A stretch of DNA of 26,248 bases from an uncultured delta proteobacterium (GTDB lineage: Bacteria; Myxococcota; Myxococcia; Myxococcales; 40CM-4-68-19), in assembly GCA_903911145.1 (NCBI GenBank), contig CAIWCD010000014.1:248001-274248 (forward strand), read 5' to 3'. Position 1 is the first letter of the stretch. Each line of letters opens with the position of its first letter. Below are positions 9,695 through 20,267 of this stretch, in pieces. A program made the position numbers and the translations under genes. The notes beneath the pieces are model-generated. The model did not search any database. It was not told the origin of the DNA and saw nothing but the letters and a program-made list of their open reading frames with translations.

Positions 9695-10480
9695 CTACCC
9701 TTTGCGGATGTTGGGCCGCTTGCGCGCAGGCGCCTTCGCGGGTTCGAGCGGGTTGGTCTGAGTCGGTGCCGAATCGCTGCGGGCCGCGCTGGTGGCGGCC
9801 GGGACGCTTGTCTGCTCGGACGCGACTGGCTTCTCTGCGCGCGATGCACGCGGCTTGCGCTCGGGCGCTTCGTGCGTGTCGGGAGCTCTCGCGGCCGGCA
9901 GCTGCTCGAACGGCCAGGGCTCGAGCGGCGCGCTTTCGCTCTCTGGAAGTTCGGCCGCGCGCGTGAGGCTCATGCTCTGCGGCGGCGCCTGCACGATGTT
10001 CATCGCGTGGCCTGCCTGCGCTGGCGCAGTCAGTGCGCGGGCCTTCTCGAGCAGCGCCCGCAGCGACTCCGCCTCCACCGCCGCATCGTGCGCCTGCGGA
10101 GACGGATCATGGAGCGACACCTGGCGCACCTGATCGCGCAGCGTCTCCGCCTGCGAGAGCAGTTGGTCGATATCGACATCAAACTCGAGCGGCACGCGCG
10201 TCACTCCCGCGTCGCGCTCTCTGCGCTGCGCGTCCGCCTCGGCGACCGCCCGCTCGAAGTTCAGGTCGAACTCCACCTCGAGCGTGTCGGGATCGACGCC
10301 CGGCCAGCGCACCGCGACCACCAGCTGCGCCTGCTGCGGCGTCATGTCGATCGGATCGCCGAGCCACGCCCAGTGATCGTCCGTCGGAAATGGCGAGCCC
10401 TCGACGACGAGCGCGAGCCGCTCGGTCACAGGTTCAAAATAGAAGCCGGTCTCCGGCGCACGCGCCACGTCACACTCCAC
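9695..10480 (-). CDS. Hypothetical cytoplasmic protein (acidic N-terminal domain, helical middle, Pro/Ala-rich tail); start uncertain (10480 or 10468)
   Basis: Protein-like composition and high GC3. Stop lies 5 nt before the lnt start. The ORF fills the gap between lnt and the divergent beta-barrel gene. Confidence 0.65.
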   Translation of the reverse strand: MECDVARAPETGFYFEPVTERLALVVEGSPFPTDDHWAWLGDPIDMTPQQAQLVVAVRWPGVDPDTLEVEFDLNFERAVAEADAQRRERDAGVTRVPLEFDVDIDQLLSQAETLRDQVRQVSLHDPSPQAHDAAVEAESLRALLEKARALTAPAQAGHAMNIVQAPPQSMSLTRAAELPESESAPLEPWPFEQLPAARAPDTHEAPERKPRASRAEKPVASEQTSVPAATSAARSDSAPTQTNPLEPAKAPARKRPNIRKG

Positions 10481-10571
10481 ACGACGACGGTCAATTGTTC
10501 GCCTCGTCGCCGCCGATATTGTACCAACGCTTCTCGTATCTCACGGTTGCTTTCGCAACGTCGGAGCCTCG

Positions 10572-11219
10572 ATGCGCTCTCTTCTCCCTCTGTTCGTGCT
10601 CGGTTTCGCACTGCCCGCGCTGGCCGACTATGACGCTTTCGCCATTCCGCAGAAGGGTGACGCAACGGTCGAGGTGCTCGGCGGTTGGCGCGCCACTCCG
10701 CAGCATCCGTTCTTCTCCCAGCTGCAGCGCGACGGTCTCAATCCGCAGCACAGCGCGTTCCAGCCGGAGGGTGTGCTCTCTCTCGGCTTCGCGGCCGACA
10801 CCGACTTCCACGTCACCATCGATGTCAGCTACGGCCTCGATTCCTGGCAGACCAGCGCCGGCACCGCGCAGGTATCAATGGTGGGAATCCTCCTCGGTGC
10901 CGATACCCCGCTCTATACAAATCCATACTTCACGCTCTATGCAGGCGGCGGGCTGGGATATTCGCTCAATACCTTCACGTCGGCGGGGCAGAACACCGAA
11001 TCGAATTCGTCGTCAGGCTTTCTGCGCGCGGGCGTGCGCGTGCGCCTCGGCAACCGCATCGCGCTCGTGGTCGAGGATCGCTACGTCGTCTCGAGCGCGC
11101 TCTGGCCGGCGTTCAGCAGCACGGTGAACGTCGGAGGAAACCTCCTTTCGGTCGGCTTCCTCGTCCACTTCTTCTCGCCCGAGGACGCTGGTCATCCGCA
11201 GGAACCGACGACCCACTGA
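10572..11219 (+). CDS. Small outer-membrane beta-barrel protein (OmpA-TM/OmpW-like)
   Basis: Signal peptide (…LPALA) and alternating amphipathic strands FTLYAGGGLGYS, GFLRAGVRVRL, IALVVEDRY and LLSVGFLVHF. Confidence 0.8.
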   Translation: MRSLLPLFVLGFALPALADYDAFAIPQKGDATVEVLGGWRATPQHPFFSQLQRDGLNPQHSAFQPEGVLSLGFAADTDFHVTIDVSYGLDSWQTSAGTAQVSMVGILLGADTPLYTNPYFTLYAGGGLGYSLNTFTSAGQNTESNSSSGFLRAGVRVRLGNRIALVVEDRYVVSSALWPAFSSTVNVGGNLLSVGFLVHFFSPEDAGHPQEPTTH

Positions 11220-11321
11220 GTGCGGCCGTGAACGCCGGTCAGTTCCCCTCGTTGTCCAAAAACGTGCGTTTTGTTTCTGCCCGTGGGACGAATCAGTCGC
11301 CCGTGCTGCGAGGATCCATCC

Positions 11322-12365
11322 ATGGCTGACGAGACTGCCCCGAAGTCGTTTGGTCCGACGGTGAACGTCCAGGCCACTCCAGGAGCGACCGAGCTGGTTC
11401 CTCCCGCCACCGAGCGGCGCGAGCTGACCGAGTTGCGCAAGGAGGTCGTCGAGGCGCGCAACCTGATCATCAAGACCGACAACCTGCTCAAGAACATGCA
11501 CGGCGAGCTCAAGCGCATGGGCGATCGGCAGGAGGAGTTCTCGCGCCGCCGGTTTTTCAGCAGCGCGGCCGCATACATCCTCTTTACGGTGCTCGCGGTG
11601 ATCGGTGCGTTCTCCGCGACCCACTCGTTGCAGGCGGCCAAGCAGGTCGAGGCGGATGCGGCCGCGGCGACCATCGCGCAGCTGACCAAGAAGGCGCAGC
11701 AGGATGCAGCGAAGCTGCAGGCGCAGCATGACGCGAGCGACAAGGCAGGCAAGATCTACCAGGAGCTCTCGAGTGAAAAAGAGGGTCCGGGTCTGACGCA
11801 GGCGATGGCGAACGCGGTCCGGCTTGATCGGTCGCAGCTCTCGATGCTCGAGTCGAAGGCGCTCGACGATCGCGTCACGCAGCTGCGCGCGCAGGTGGTG
11901 CAGTCGGCGCAGGAGGCCGCGGAGCAGGCCGTGCGCCGCAACGATCTGAAGGCCATCTCGCTCGAGTACGGCCACTATCTTGAGCTCGCCGGGCCGAGCA
12001 ACGATCCACAGCTCTACTTCAAGCTCTCGGCGGCGCGCTTTCAGCTGAAGGATTTTGTCGGCGCGATCGAGCCGCTCGAGCGGTTCCTCAAGCTGCAGCC
12101 GCAGGGGCGCCTCGCGCAGACGGCCGGATATTGGCTCGGCTCGAGCTACGAAGAGACGAACGCGGCTGCAAAGGCGACCGACGTCTATCAGAAGGCGGCG
12201 TCGCTCTTTCCCGGCAGCGAGCTCGCGCCGCTCATCCGGTCGCGCATTCGCAAGATCGCACAGGCGCAGGCTGCAGGCCCTGCCGCGGCGTCAGCTCCAG
12301 CGTCGAATCCGATCGCGAAGCCTGCCGCGCCAGCTCCGACGCCTGCTGCCCCGGCCGCTCGATAG
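11322..12365 (+). CDS. Single-TM coiled-coil protein with C-terminal CpoB/YbgF-like TPR repeats
   Basis: ATG 11322 with GAGG upstream. Coiled coil (ELRKEVVEARNLIIKTDNLLKN), one TM helix (AAAYILFTVLAVIGAF) and TPR motifs (AIEPLERFLKLQP…AGYWLGSSY…VYQKAASLFPGS). Confidence 0.8.
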   Translation: MADETAPKSFGPTVNVQATPGATELVPPATERRELTELRKEVVEARNLIIKTDNLLKNMHGELKRMGDRQEEFSRRRFFSSAAAYILFTVLAVIGAFSATHSLQAAKQVEADAAAATIAQLTKKAQQDAAKLQAQHDASDKAGKIYQELSSEKEGPGLTQAMANAVRLDRSQLSMLESKALDDRVTQLRAQVVQSAQEAAEQAVRRNDLKAISLEYGHYLELAGPSNDPQLYFKLSAARFQLKDFVGAIEPLERFLKLQPQGRLAQTAGYWLGSSYEETNAAAKATDVYQKAASLFPGSELAPLIRSRIRKIAQAQAAGPAAASAPASNPIAKPAAPAPTPAAPAAR

Positions 12366-12378
12366 ATCGCGCGAAAGG

Positions 12379-12867
12379 CTAGGGCTGCCGATTGAAGAGC
12401 TGCGCGCGCGCGGACGAGAGCGCGTCGCGAGCACGACCTGCCTGCGCGGAAGTCTCGTCGCCACTGCGCGCGAGCTCACGCCGCAGATTCTCCAGCGCCT
12501 CGAGAGCCTCCGCGAGATCGCTCATCACGCGATCTTTCGGCGTCGCCAGACCGCAGCGCGACTGCACCGAAGCGATCTCGCCCTCCCATCGGCGCGACCA
12601 GAGGTCCCACTCGCGCGACAGACTTCCCTGATCGAGCCCGCTCGGCGCCGGCTGCACCGCGCGCGCGGCGAGCTGCTGGTAGAGGCGATCGAGATCGTCG
12701 AGGCAGGCCGCTGGCGTGCTCGCGCGCGCATCAACTGGCAGCGGCTGGCCGTAGAGATCGCCGACCACCGAGCGGATGAGCTGGAAGAAGAGGACAGCGC
12801 AGACGATGCCGAACGCGCAGTAGACCGCGAGGCGAAAGGGGCGCAGCTCTGGAGGTCGAGGGGCCAA
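12379..12867 (-). CDS. Hypothetical membrane-anchored helical protein
   Basis: N-terminal TM helix (LAVYCAFGIVCAVLFFQLI) followed by a helical domain with two Cys. Last gene of the minus-strand cluster; TTG start uncertain. Confidence 0.7.
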   Translation of the reverse strand: MAPRPPELRPFRLAVYCAFGIVCAVLFFQLIRSVVGDLYGQPLPVDARASTPAACLDDLDRLYQQLAARAVQPAPSGLDQGSLSREWDLWSRRWEGEIASVQSRCGLATPKDRVMSDLAEALEALENLRRELARSGDETSAQAGRARDALSSARAQLFNRQP

Positions 12868-12903
12868 GAGGGACGGTTCTGGTATCGCGCTGTCTTCGCC
12901 CGG

Positions 12904-14544
12904 TCAACGACGCGGCGCGACGGCGACCGCAGGCTGCTCGACGTCGGGGAGGATCGCACGGTAGTGGCCGCTTGCGTCGGTCAACCCGCTGCCGAGGGAG
13001 ATCGAATGCGCTCCGCTCGTATCGAGCGCGAAGAATTCGACCGTCGCGCCGAGCAGCGGCGTGCTGATCCCTGCGACGAGTCCCGTGACCGTGCCGACCA
13101 CCTCGAGCGGTGCTGAGAGCGTGATCGTTGGCAGCCCGGCGGTGGTCGCTTCGAGGTCGAAGGAGGTCAGCTTCTCCGGCAGTCCGCTCGAGGCGGGAGG
13201 CGCGATCGCGAATCGATAGCTGCCTGGATCGGCCGTGACGTGGAAGTTGCCGAAGGCGTCCGTCGGAGTGGTCTCTGCGACGCGGCTGGAGACGAGTCGG
13301 TCGGAGATGCGCGTCGCGGAGATCTGCGTCCCCGCAGGGACGGGCGTACCGTTGGCCTGCAGAATCGTGCCGATCGCCTGCACGCGGGCAGGGCAGGTGA
13401 GCGAGAGCGCGACGGTTCCTGCGTCGAGCTGCACATCGAGTTCTGGCGAGAGCGCAGGCGCGCCAGAGCCGCCGGCGGGAGCCGCTTCAAGCGCGAACTT
13501 TCCCTCGAGCAGCGGGAGCTGGAAGCTTCCGTCGGCGTTGGTGGTCACGGAGGTCGAGAGCACATATCCGTGCCCATCAAGGCTGAGCGCATAGACGCGC
13601 GCCCGGGCGACGCCGTTGCCGTCGGTGTCGACGACAGTGCCCTGCACCAGCGCGGGCGCGGGGGCCTCCGCGAAATCCCAGCCGAGCGTTCCTGAATCGG
13701 CCGGGAATGGTCCGACCGCGGAGTAGCTGGGAATGATCGGGGCGGCGTTTCCTGCGTCGAGCGCAGGAGGCGTGATGTCAGTGGGCGGCCCGACGCGGAG
13801 AAAGAATCCATCGACGGTCGGCGGCAGCAGCAGATCGAACGCGCCGTTCCCGTCCGCCTGGGCAGCGGCCGCGAGCACCAGACCGCTCGCATCCACGGCG
13901 AGCACGCGCGCATTCGCGAGCGGCTCGATGCCTGCGTGGATGGTCCCGCGGATGAGCTGCAGGCTCTGCGTGGCCGGCTCCTGGAGCAGCAGTGCGGGCG
14001 TGCTCGCCGACAGCCCGAGGTCGTCATAGAGCGGCGGCAGCGGCGCCGGCGGCAGGAGCGTCGCGTCCCAGGTTCCCTCCGCGAGCTTCGTCAAGAACGT
14101 CCCGTCATTCGCGGCCTGCACACTGACTTGAAGCGCGCGATCGGGGATCACCTGCGAGCGCGCCGAAAACGTCACGCTGCTCTGCGCGAGCGGCTGCGTC
14201 CCCGCATCGGCCGTGGCGTTGATCAACTGCGCGACGCGCCCGCCCACGCTGAGCGCGGGGTTGAGCGTGAAGTTGACGATCACGGTGCTGCGCAGATCGA
14301 TGCTTCCGACTTGTTGAACGCCATAGGTTCCGCCCGGCGGTGGCCGCACTTCCGCGAGGACGTTCGAGAGCGCCGTGGAGCCTGCGCGGCACTCGCCGAG
14401 GAAGCAGACCTGGTGGCGCGCGCATTGGCTGCTGCTGCTGCAGGGCACGCCTTCGCCGCTGAGGCGTGCGGAGCGAGCGCTGCAACCCGCGCCCAGCAAG
14501 GCCGCAGCGATCATGCTGCCCGCGACCGCGATGCGCGCGTTCAT
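12904..14544 (-). CDS. Lipoprotein with a small Cys motif and tandem carboxypeptidase-regulatory-like beta-sandwich repeats
   Basis: ATG 14544 with GGAGGA and ATGA overlap. Signal peptide ends in GAGC, followed by CxxxxxCxxxxxCxxxxC. Repeated G-x-V/I…P-L/V…A-x-V…T-D/N-A-x-G-x-F/Y units. Confidence 0.82.
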   Translation of the reverse strand: MNARIAVAGSMIAAALLGAGCSARSARLSGEGVPCSSSSQCARHQVCFLGECRAGSTALSNVLAEVRPPPGGTYGVQQVGSIDLRSTVIVNFTLNPALSVGGRVAQLINATADAGTQPLAQSSVTFSARSQVIPDRALQVSVQAANDGTFLTKLAEGTWDATLLPPAPLPPLYDDLGLSASTPALLLQEPATQSLQLIRGTIHAGIEPLANARVLAVDASGLVLAAAAQADGNGAFDLLLPPTVDGFFLRVGPPTDITPPALDAGNAAPIIPSYSAVGPFPADSGTLGWDFAEAPAPALVQGTVVDTDGNGVARARVYALSLDGHGYVLSTSVTTNADGSFQLPLLEGKFALEAAPAGGSGAPALSPELDVQLDAGTVALSLTCPARVQAIGTILQANGTPVPAGTQISATRISDRLVSSRVAETTPTDAFGNFHVTADPGSYRFAIAPPASSGLPEKLTSFDLEATTAGLPTITLSAPLEVVGTVTGLVAGISTPLLGATVEFFALDTSGAHSISLGSGLTDASGHYRAILPDVEQPAVAVAPRR

Positions 14545-15137
14545 CGGCTCCTCCCGTTGCAGAGCCGCGCCCACGGTGGATCGCTTCGGCAGCTCTGGTC
14601 GTTATTCGTCTCGACGGAGACGACGAAGCGGAACGTTGCCGAGGCATATCCGGGCAGCAGCGCGCGGTGCGCGAACGTCGTGGTCGCGTCGTCGAACCCG
14701 CCCTGTTCGGCCACCACCATGTCGACGATGTGCAGGCCATCGGAAACGCCGAGCGCGCCGAGATCGAAGTCGAGCGACGGCCCTTGGCGCACCAGCGTTG
14801 TTGAATTGAATGACCCGGCGAGAAACTGGCTCGGCACCGCCGGCCTCTGCGTGAGCGGGTCGGTCGCGTCGTAGTCGACGAACCAGCGCACCTCGAGGCT
14901 CACGGTCGGATCGTCCTCTTCGATCTGTGGAACATCGAGCAGCACACGGCATGAGCAGCCCGCGGCCGCATCGAGCGAGCCGTGCTGGAGGACCACGAGC
15001 GCACCGGCCAGCTTGGGATCGATCGCTTCGATCACCACGCGTGGCGGAACATGCTGCTGCCCGTTCTCCGGATTGATGCTCGCTGGCAATAGGCACGACG
15101 TCGCCGAGGCCGCCAGCACAAGCGGGAATGCGCGCAC
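14541..15137 (-). CDS. Putative lipoprotein of unknown function
   Basis: Start reassigned to GTG 15137 (GGAGAG 4 nt upstream), giving MRAFPLVLAASATSC-LLP. Motif D-x-D…L-x-x-RWFVDY. The longer ORF extension overlaps the upstream gene and looks non-coding. Confidence 0.72.
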   Translation of the reverse strand: MRAFPLVLAASATSCLLPASINPENGQQHVPPRVVIEAIDPKLAGALVVLQHGSLDAAAGCSCRVLLDVPQIEEDDPTVSLEVRWFVDYDATDPLTQRPAVPSQFLAGSFNSTTLVRQGPSLDFDLGALGVSDGLHIVDMVVAEQGGFDDATTTFAHRALLPGYASATFRFVVSVETNNDQSCRSDPPWARLCNGRSR

Positions 15138-15161
15138 GAGACTCTCCACGCGCAATCTCCA

Positions 15162-15178
15162 TGCACTCCCTCGGCCAA
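15162..15178 (-). promoter_or_regulatory. Putative sigma54 (-24/-12) promoter for the lipoprotein genes
   Basis: Minus strand reads TTGGCCGAGGGAGTGCA, i.e. TGGC…TGCA with exact GG-N10-GC spacing. It lies 25 nt upstream of the GTG start and directly downstream of a sigma54 activator gene. Confidence 0.6.
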
Positions 15179-15249
15179 GCCGCGCCTGCTCTCGATCCGC
15201 ACGGTTGTCAAGCCGCCGGGCCGCGAAGCGGCGCACTGCGCTCTCCATT

Positions 15250-15267
15250 CGCGACATCCTCGTCGCG
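15250..15267. promoter_or_regulatory. Candidate enhancer (UAS) palindrome
   Basis: CGCGAC-ATCCTC-GTCGCG has perfect 6-bp arms and lies about -99 to -116 from the predicted sigma54 start site (~15151). Confidence 0.35.
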
Positions 15268-15268
15268 G

Positions 15269-17101
<1,833 letters not shown>

Positions 17102-17112
17102 GGCTGCTCCGA

Positions 17113-18153
17113 TCAATGCGAGGTCGCGCCGCTTGGCGCAGATGGGGCGGGCGACGTCGATGCGGGCGCGGGAACGCTCTCGACCGCACTGGGCGCGGCC
17201 TTGCGCGTCGCGGATGGCTGCGTGAGGTCGATGCCGGCGGGCATCGTTGGTGCCGGGAGCGGCGCCTGCGCGGGGGGCGCCATCCCCGGTTGCAAGAGCG
17301 GTCGATCGACCGGCCCCTCAGGCTGGAAGCGGACTGCCGCATGCACGGCGCCGCCGAGCCAGAGCGCATAGAAGATTCCCGCGCCGATCCACTTCGCGAC
17401 GTTGAGGCGCTGCGCGAGCGGGTAGTCGCTGCTGGAGAATCTGCCCGTCGCGCTGTCCCGCAAACTCTCGATGAGGAGCGCGGAACCCACGCTGGTGGCG
17501 CCCGCGATCACTTCCGTGGTTGCGAGCGAGATGCCGAGCGCGCGGTCGCCGTTCTGCAGTTGGCCGATCCCGAACGGCAGGAGCGAGACCCAGAATTCGC
17601 GCTGCACGACGCGCCTCTCGACGGTCGGCGCCGACGCCATCAGCTTGCGCTGCTCGTCTTCGATCTGGTGTTGCTGTCGCGCGCGCGCCTCCTCGATCGA
17701 CTGCTTGAGCCTCTCCTGCTCCTCGGCGCGACGCAGTTCGCGCAACGGCAGCAGGCGCGGCTCGGCCTCCTTCTTCACCTGCTCGAAGAACCCCACGGCC
17801 GCGGGCGGGACATAGAACGGATCGAGTTCTCCATCGGGATTGAGGAAGAGCATCTCGAGGAACGCGCGGTACGCCTCGCCCTTCTTGCCCTGGTAGAAAT
17901 CGGCGAGCCCGAGCAGCCGGTAGGCCTCGGCGCGCAGCTCTCCCGACTCGAAGACGGTCGCGTCGATGAGATGGTTGAGCAGCTTCGACGCGCTTGGATA
18001 GTCGCCGTACTCGAAGAACGAGCGGGCCTTGCGCATCCCCTCGACCGACGTTTCCGCGGCGGTCTGCGCCTGCGCTCGAGGAGAAAACGCGGTGAGCGCG
18101 AGCAGCAGCGCGGCGAGAAGCCCCTTCGCGATGCGAGCGGCGATGCGGTTCAT
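17113..18153 (-). CDS. Exported TPR protein with coiled coil, hydrophobic DUF5683-like C-terminal segment and Pro-rich tail
   Basis: Signal peptide (…PRAQA), TPR motif (AEAYRLLGLADFYQG…AFLEMLFLNPD) and SLLPFGIGQLQNGD followed by two hydrophobic segments. ATGA overlap with the kinase gene. Confidence 0.8.
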   Translation of the reverse strand: MNRIAARIAKGLLAALLLALTAFSPRAQAQTAAETSVEGMRKARSFFEYGDYPSASKLLNHLIDATVFESGELRAEAYRLLGLADFYQGKKGEAYRAFLEMLFLNPDGELDPFYVPPAAVGFFEQVKKEAEPRLLPLRELRRAEEQERLKQSIEEARARQQHQIEDEQRKLMASAPTVERRVVQREFWVSLLPFGIGQLQNGDRALGISLATTEVIAGATSVGSALLIESLRDSATGRFSSSDYPLAQRLNVAKWIGAGIFYALWLGGAVHAAVRFQPEGPVDRPLLQPGMAPPAQAPLPAPTMPAGIDLTQPSATRKAAPSAVESVPAPASTSPAPSAPSGATSH

Positions 18154-20132
18154 GGAGCCGTGCCTTGCGTGAGCTGGAGGTAGTCGATGGGGATCTGCCG
18201 GCCGGCCTGCAGCGTGACGTGGCCTGCTCTGTCGCCGACGGTGAGCAGCACGTCGCGCATCGGCCGATCGGTCATCGTGAGTTCGTGCGTCGGGAGTTCG
18301 CGCGCTGTGCCCATCGGGACGCCATCGATGAGCACCTGCGCGTCCGATGGCGCGGCGGGCACGCTCAACCGCGCTGGGCGCGGCTTGCCCGGCTCGAGCG
18401 TGTAGCGCGTCTGCCCGGGCTCGACGTTGATCGTCTGCGTTCCGTCGAGGCAGCAGAGGTGGCTGACGGTGACTCGATGCGGTCCGGGCGCGAGCGCGAC
18501 GTCCACGCTCTGGCTCTCGCCGACGAGGTTGCCGTCGACGATGACCTGCGCCCAGACCCAGTGGACGTTGAGAGTGGCTTTGATGAGCGGGCCGCTGCTC
18601 CTGGGAACGAGCGCTGGTGCGGTCCCGACGCCCCCGATAACGCCAGCGCCCGGCGTGCTCTCCGATCTTCTGTGGGCGCTCTCGCTTTGCGTTCTCGGAT
18701 CGGCAGTGGCGACCTGCTCGCCGCTGCTCCTGTGCGCGCGCGCGTCACTGCTCGGCAGCGTTGATGCTCCGCGTTCGCTCTTCGGTCTCGATGCGGTCGC
18801 GAGCGGCGCCGCAAGCTCCTCTCGATGCAGGTCTCGCGCCTGCAGGTCGCGCGCGTCTGCTTCCGTCTGCGCGAGTGCGTGGGCCTCGCTCTCCCGCAGC
18901 GTCCGAGCGCGCGCCTCGACTTGCGCCAATTCGTGCGCCTGCTGCGCTCCTCTCTCGCTGCTCGAGCGAGATGCCGCATGTCCGAGTTGCACGGCAATGA
19001 GCGTCGCGATGAGAGCCGCGCCGAGGCAGACGCCGGCCTGCTTCGCTCGCTTGACCCTGCGGGCGCGCTGCCGGATCAGCGCCACCTTCTGTGCTGCGAT
19101 CGCGTTGTCGGGATCGAGAGCGAGCGCGCGGGAGTAGGCGGAGAGCGCGATCGCGGTTCTCCGCTCCTGCAGCGCCGACTCTCCTTGCGCGAGGCTGCGA
19201 GCGACCAGTCGTTCCCGCAATCGCTGTGCGGCCGCTTCCGGCGGCTTGCTGCAGACAAACGCGGCCAACTCTGCCTGGGGGGCGTCGATGCCGGACTCGG
19301 CGAGCAGCGCGATCAATTCTCGCTTCGCATCCGTCGCGCTCTGGATCCGCTGCTCGCGATCTCTCTCGAGCAGACGCGAGATCACGCGCGCCAGACCGTC
19401 GCTCACCGACGCGCGCAGCGAGCGTGGATCGGTGGGCCGCCCCTCGAGGATCTGCCGCAGCAGCGCCGCGGGCGTCTGCGCCTGGAACGGAAGCGCGCCG
19501 CATGAGAGCCAGTAGAGCAGCGTGCCGAGCGAGAAGAGATCGGCGCGCGGATCGGCCGGCTTCCCCTCGATCGTCTCCGGCGCGAGATGCGCGGGTGAGC
19601 CGAGGATCGCGCCCGTCGTCGTGAACTTCTCGTCGGGATCGAGCAGCGAGGCGATGCCGAAGTCGGTCAACTTGATCACGCCGTCGTCGCGCACCATCAC
19701 GTTCTCGGGCTTGAGATCGCGGTGGACGACGCTGGCCGCATGCGCATGCTCGAGAGCATCGGCGAGCGCGAGAGCGGCGCAGGCCGCGAGTTCGGGCGGA
19801 TCGAATGGATGGGCCTCGGCGAACGCGCGCAGAGACGCGCCAGGAATGAACTCGGTGACGAGATAGGAGGGCTGCGCCTCGGGGCCGGAGAAGTCGTAGA
19901 CGTCGAGAATGTGCGGATGGTGCAGGCGCGCCACCGCGTGGGCCTCGCGGTCGAATCGCCGCCGGATCTCCTCTCGCGCGAGCAGATGCGCGTGGAGCAC
20001 CTTGACCGCCACCGTGCGCCGCAGCTGCGTATCGAAGCCACGCCAGACCACGGCCATCCCGCCTTGACCGACCTGCTCGTCAAGACGATAGCGGCCGAGT
20101 TGAGGCGGATTCACGCGTTGCCCCTGGCGCAC
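18150..20132 (-). CDS. Membrane Ser/Thr protein kinase (Hanks-type, myxobacterial Pkn) with PEGA-like extracytoplasmic region; start may be GTG 20114
   Basis: GQGGMAVV, VAVK, HRDLKPEN, DFG, GSPAHLAPE and DLFSLG motifs. One TPR-like repeat (AYSRALALDPDN), a TM helix (AGVCLGAALIATLIAVQL) and PEGA-like motifs (AQVIVDG…LAPGPHRVTV; AQVLIDG). Confidence 0.95.
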   Translation of the reverse strand: MRQGQRVNPPQLGRYRLDEQVGQGGMAVVWRGFDTQLRRTVAVKVLHAHLLAREEIRRRFDREAHAVARLHHPHILDVYDFSGPEAQPSYLVTEFIPGASLRAFAEAHPFDPPELAACAALALADALEHAHAASVVHRDLKPENVMVRDDGVIKLTDFGIASLLDPDEKFTTTGAILGSPAHLAPETIEGKPADPRADLFSLGTLLYWLSCGALPFQAQTPAALLRQILEGRPTDPRSLRASVSDGLARVISRLLERDREQRIQSATDAKRELIALLAESGIDAPQAELAAFVCSKPPEAAAQRLRERLVARSLAQGESALQERRTAIALSAYSRALALDPDNAIAAQKVALIRQRARRVKRAKQAGVCLGAALIATLIAVQLGHAASRSSSERGAQQAHELAQVEARARTLRESEAHALAQTEADARDLQARDLHREELAAPLATASRPKSERGASTLPSSDARAHRSSGEQVATADPRTQSESAHRRSESTPGAGVIGGVGTAPALVPRSSGPLIKATLNVHWVWAQVIVDGNLVGESQSVDVALAPGPHRVTVSHLCCLDGTQTINVEPGQTRYTLEPGKPRPARLSVPAAPSDAQVLIDGVPMGTARELPTHELTMTDRPMRDVLLTVGDRAGHVTLQAGRQIPIDYLQLTQGTAP

Positions 20133-20223
20133 CGTGGTGCGTCGTGGATGACATGCTCATGCGCTGCGGTGCAGCCGCTCGCTCACTCGGGCGGTGCGAC
20201 ATCGATGACGCGAACGGCGCGCG

Positions 20224-20252
20224 AGAGTAGCAGTGGTGGCGGATGCGACCAA
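20224..20252 (-). promoter_or_regulatory. Putative sigma70-type promoter of the kinase operon
   Basis: Minus strand TTGGTC-N17-TACTCT, with an extended -10 TG (TGcTACTCT), in the intergenic gap. Confidence 0.35.
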
Positions 20253-20267
20253 GCTCCGTGCGAAGCG

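Noticed and set aside
15206..15211. Perfect TTGACA on the minus strand in the activator-lipoprotein gap
   Set aside because: No credible -10 element 16-18 nt downstream.
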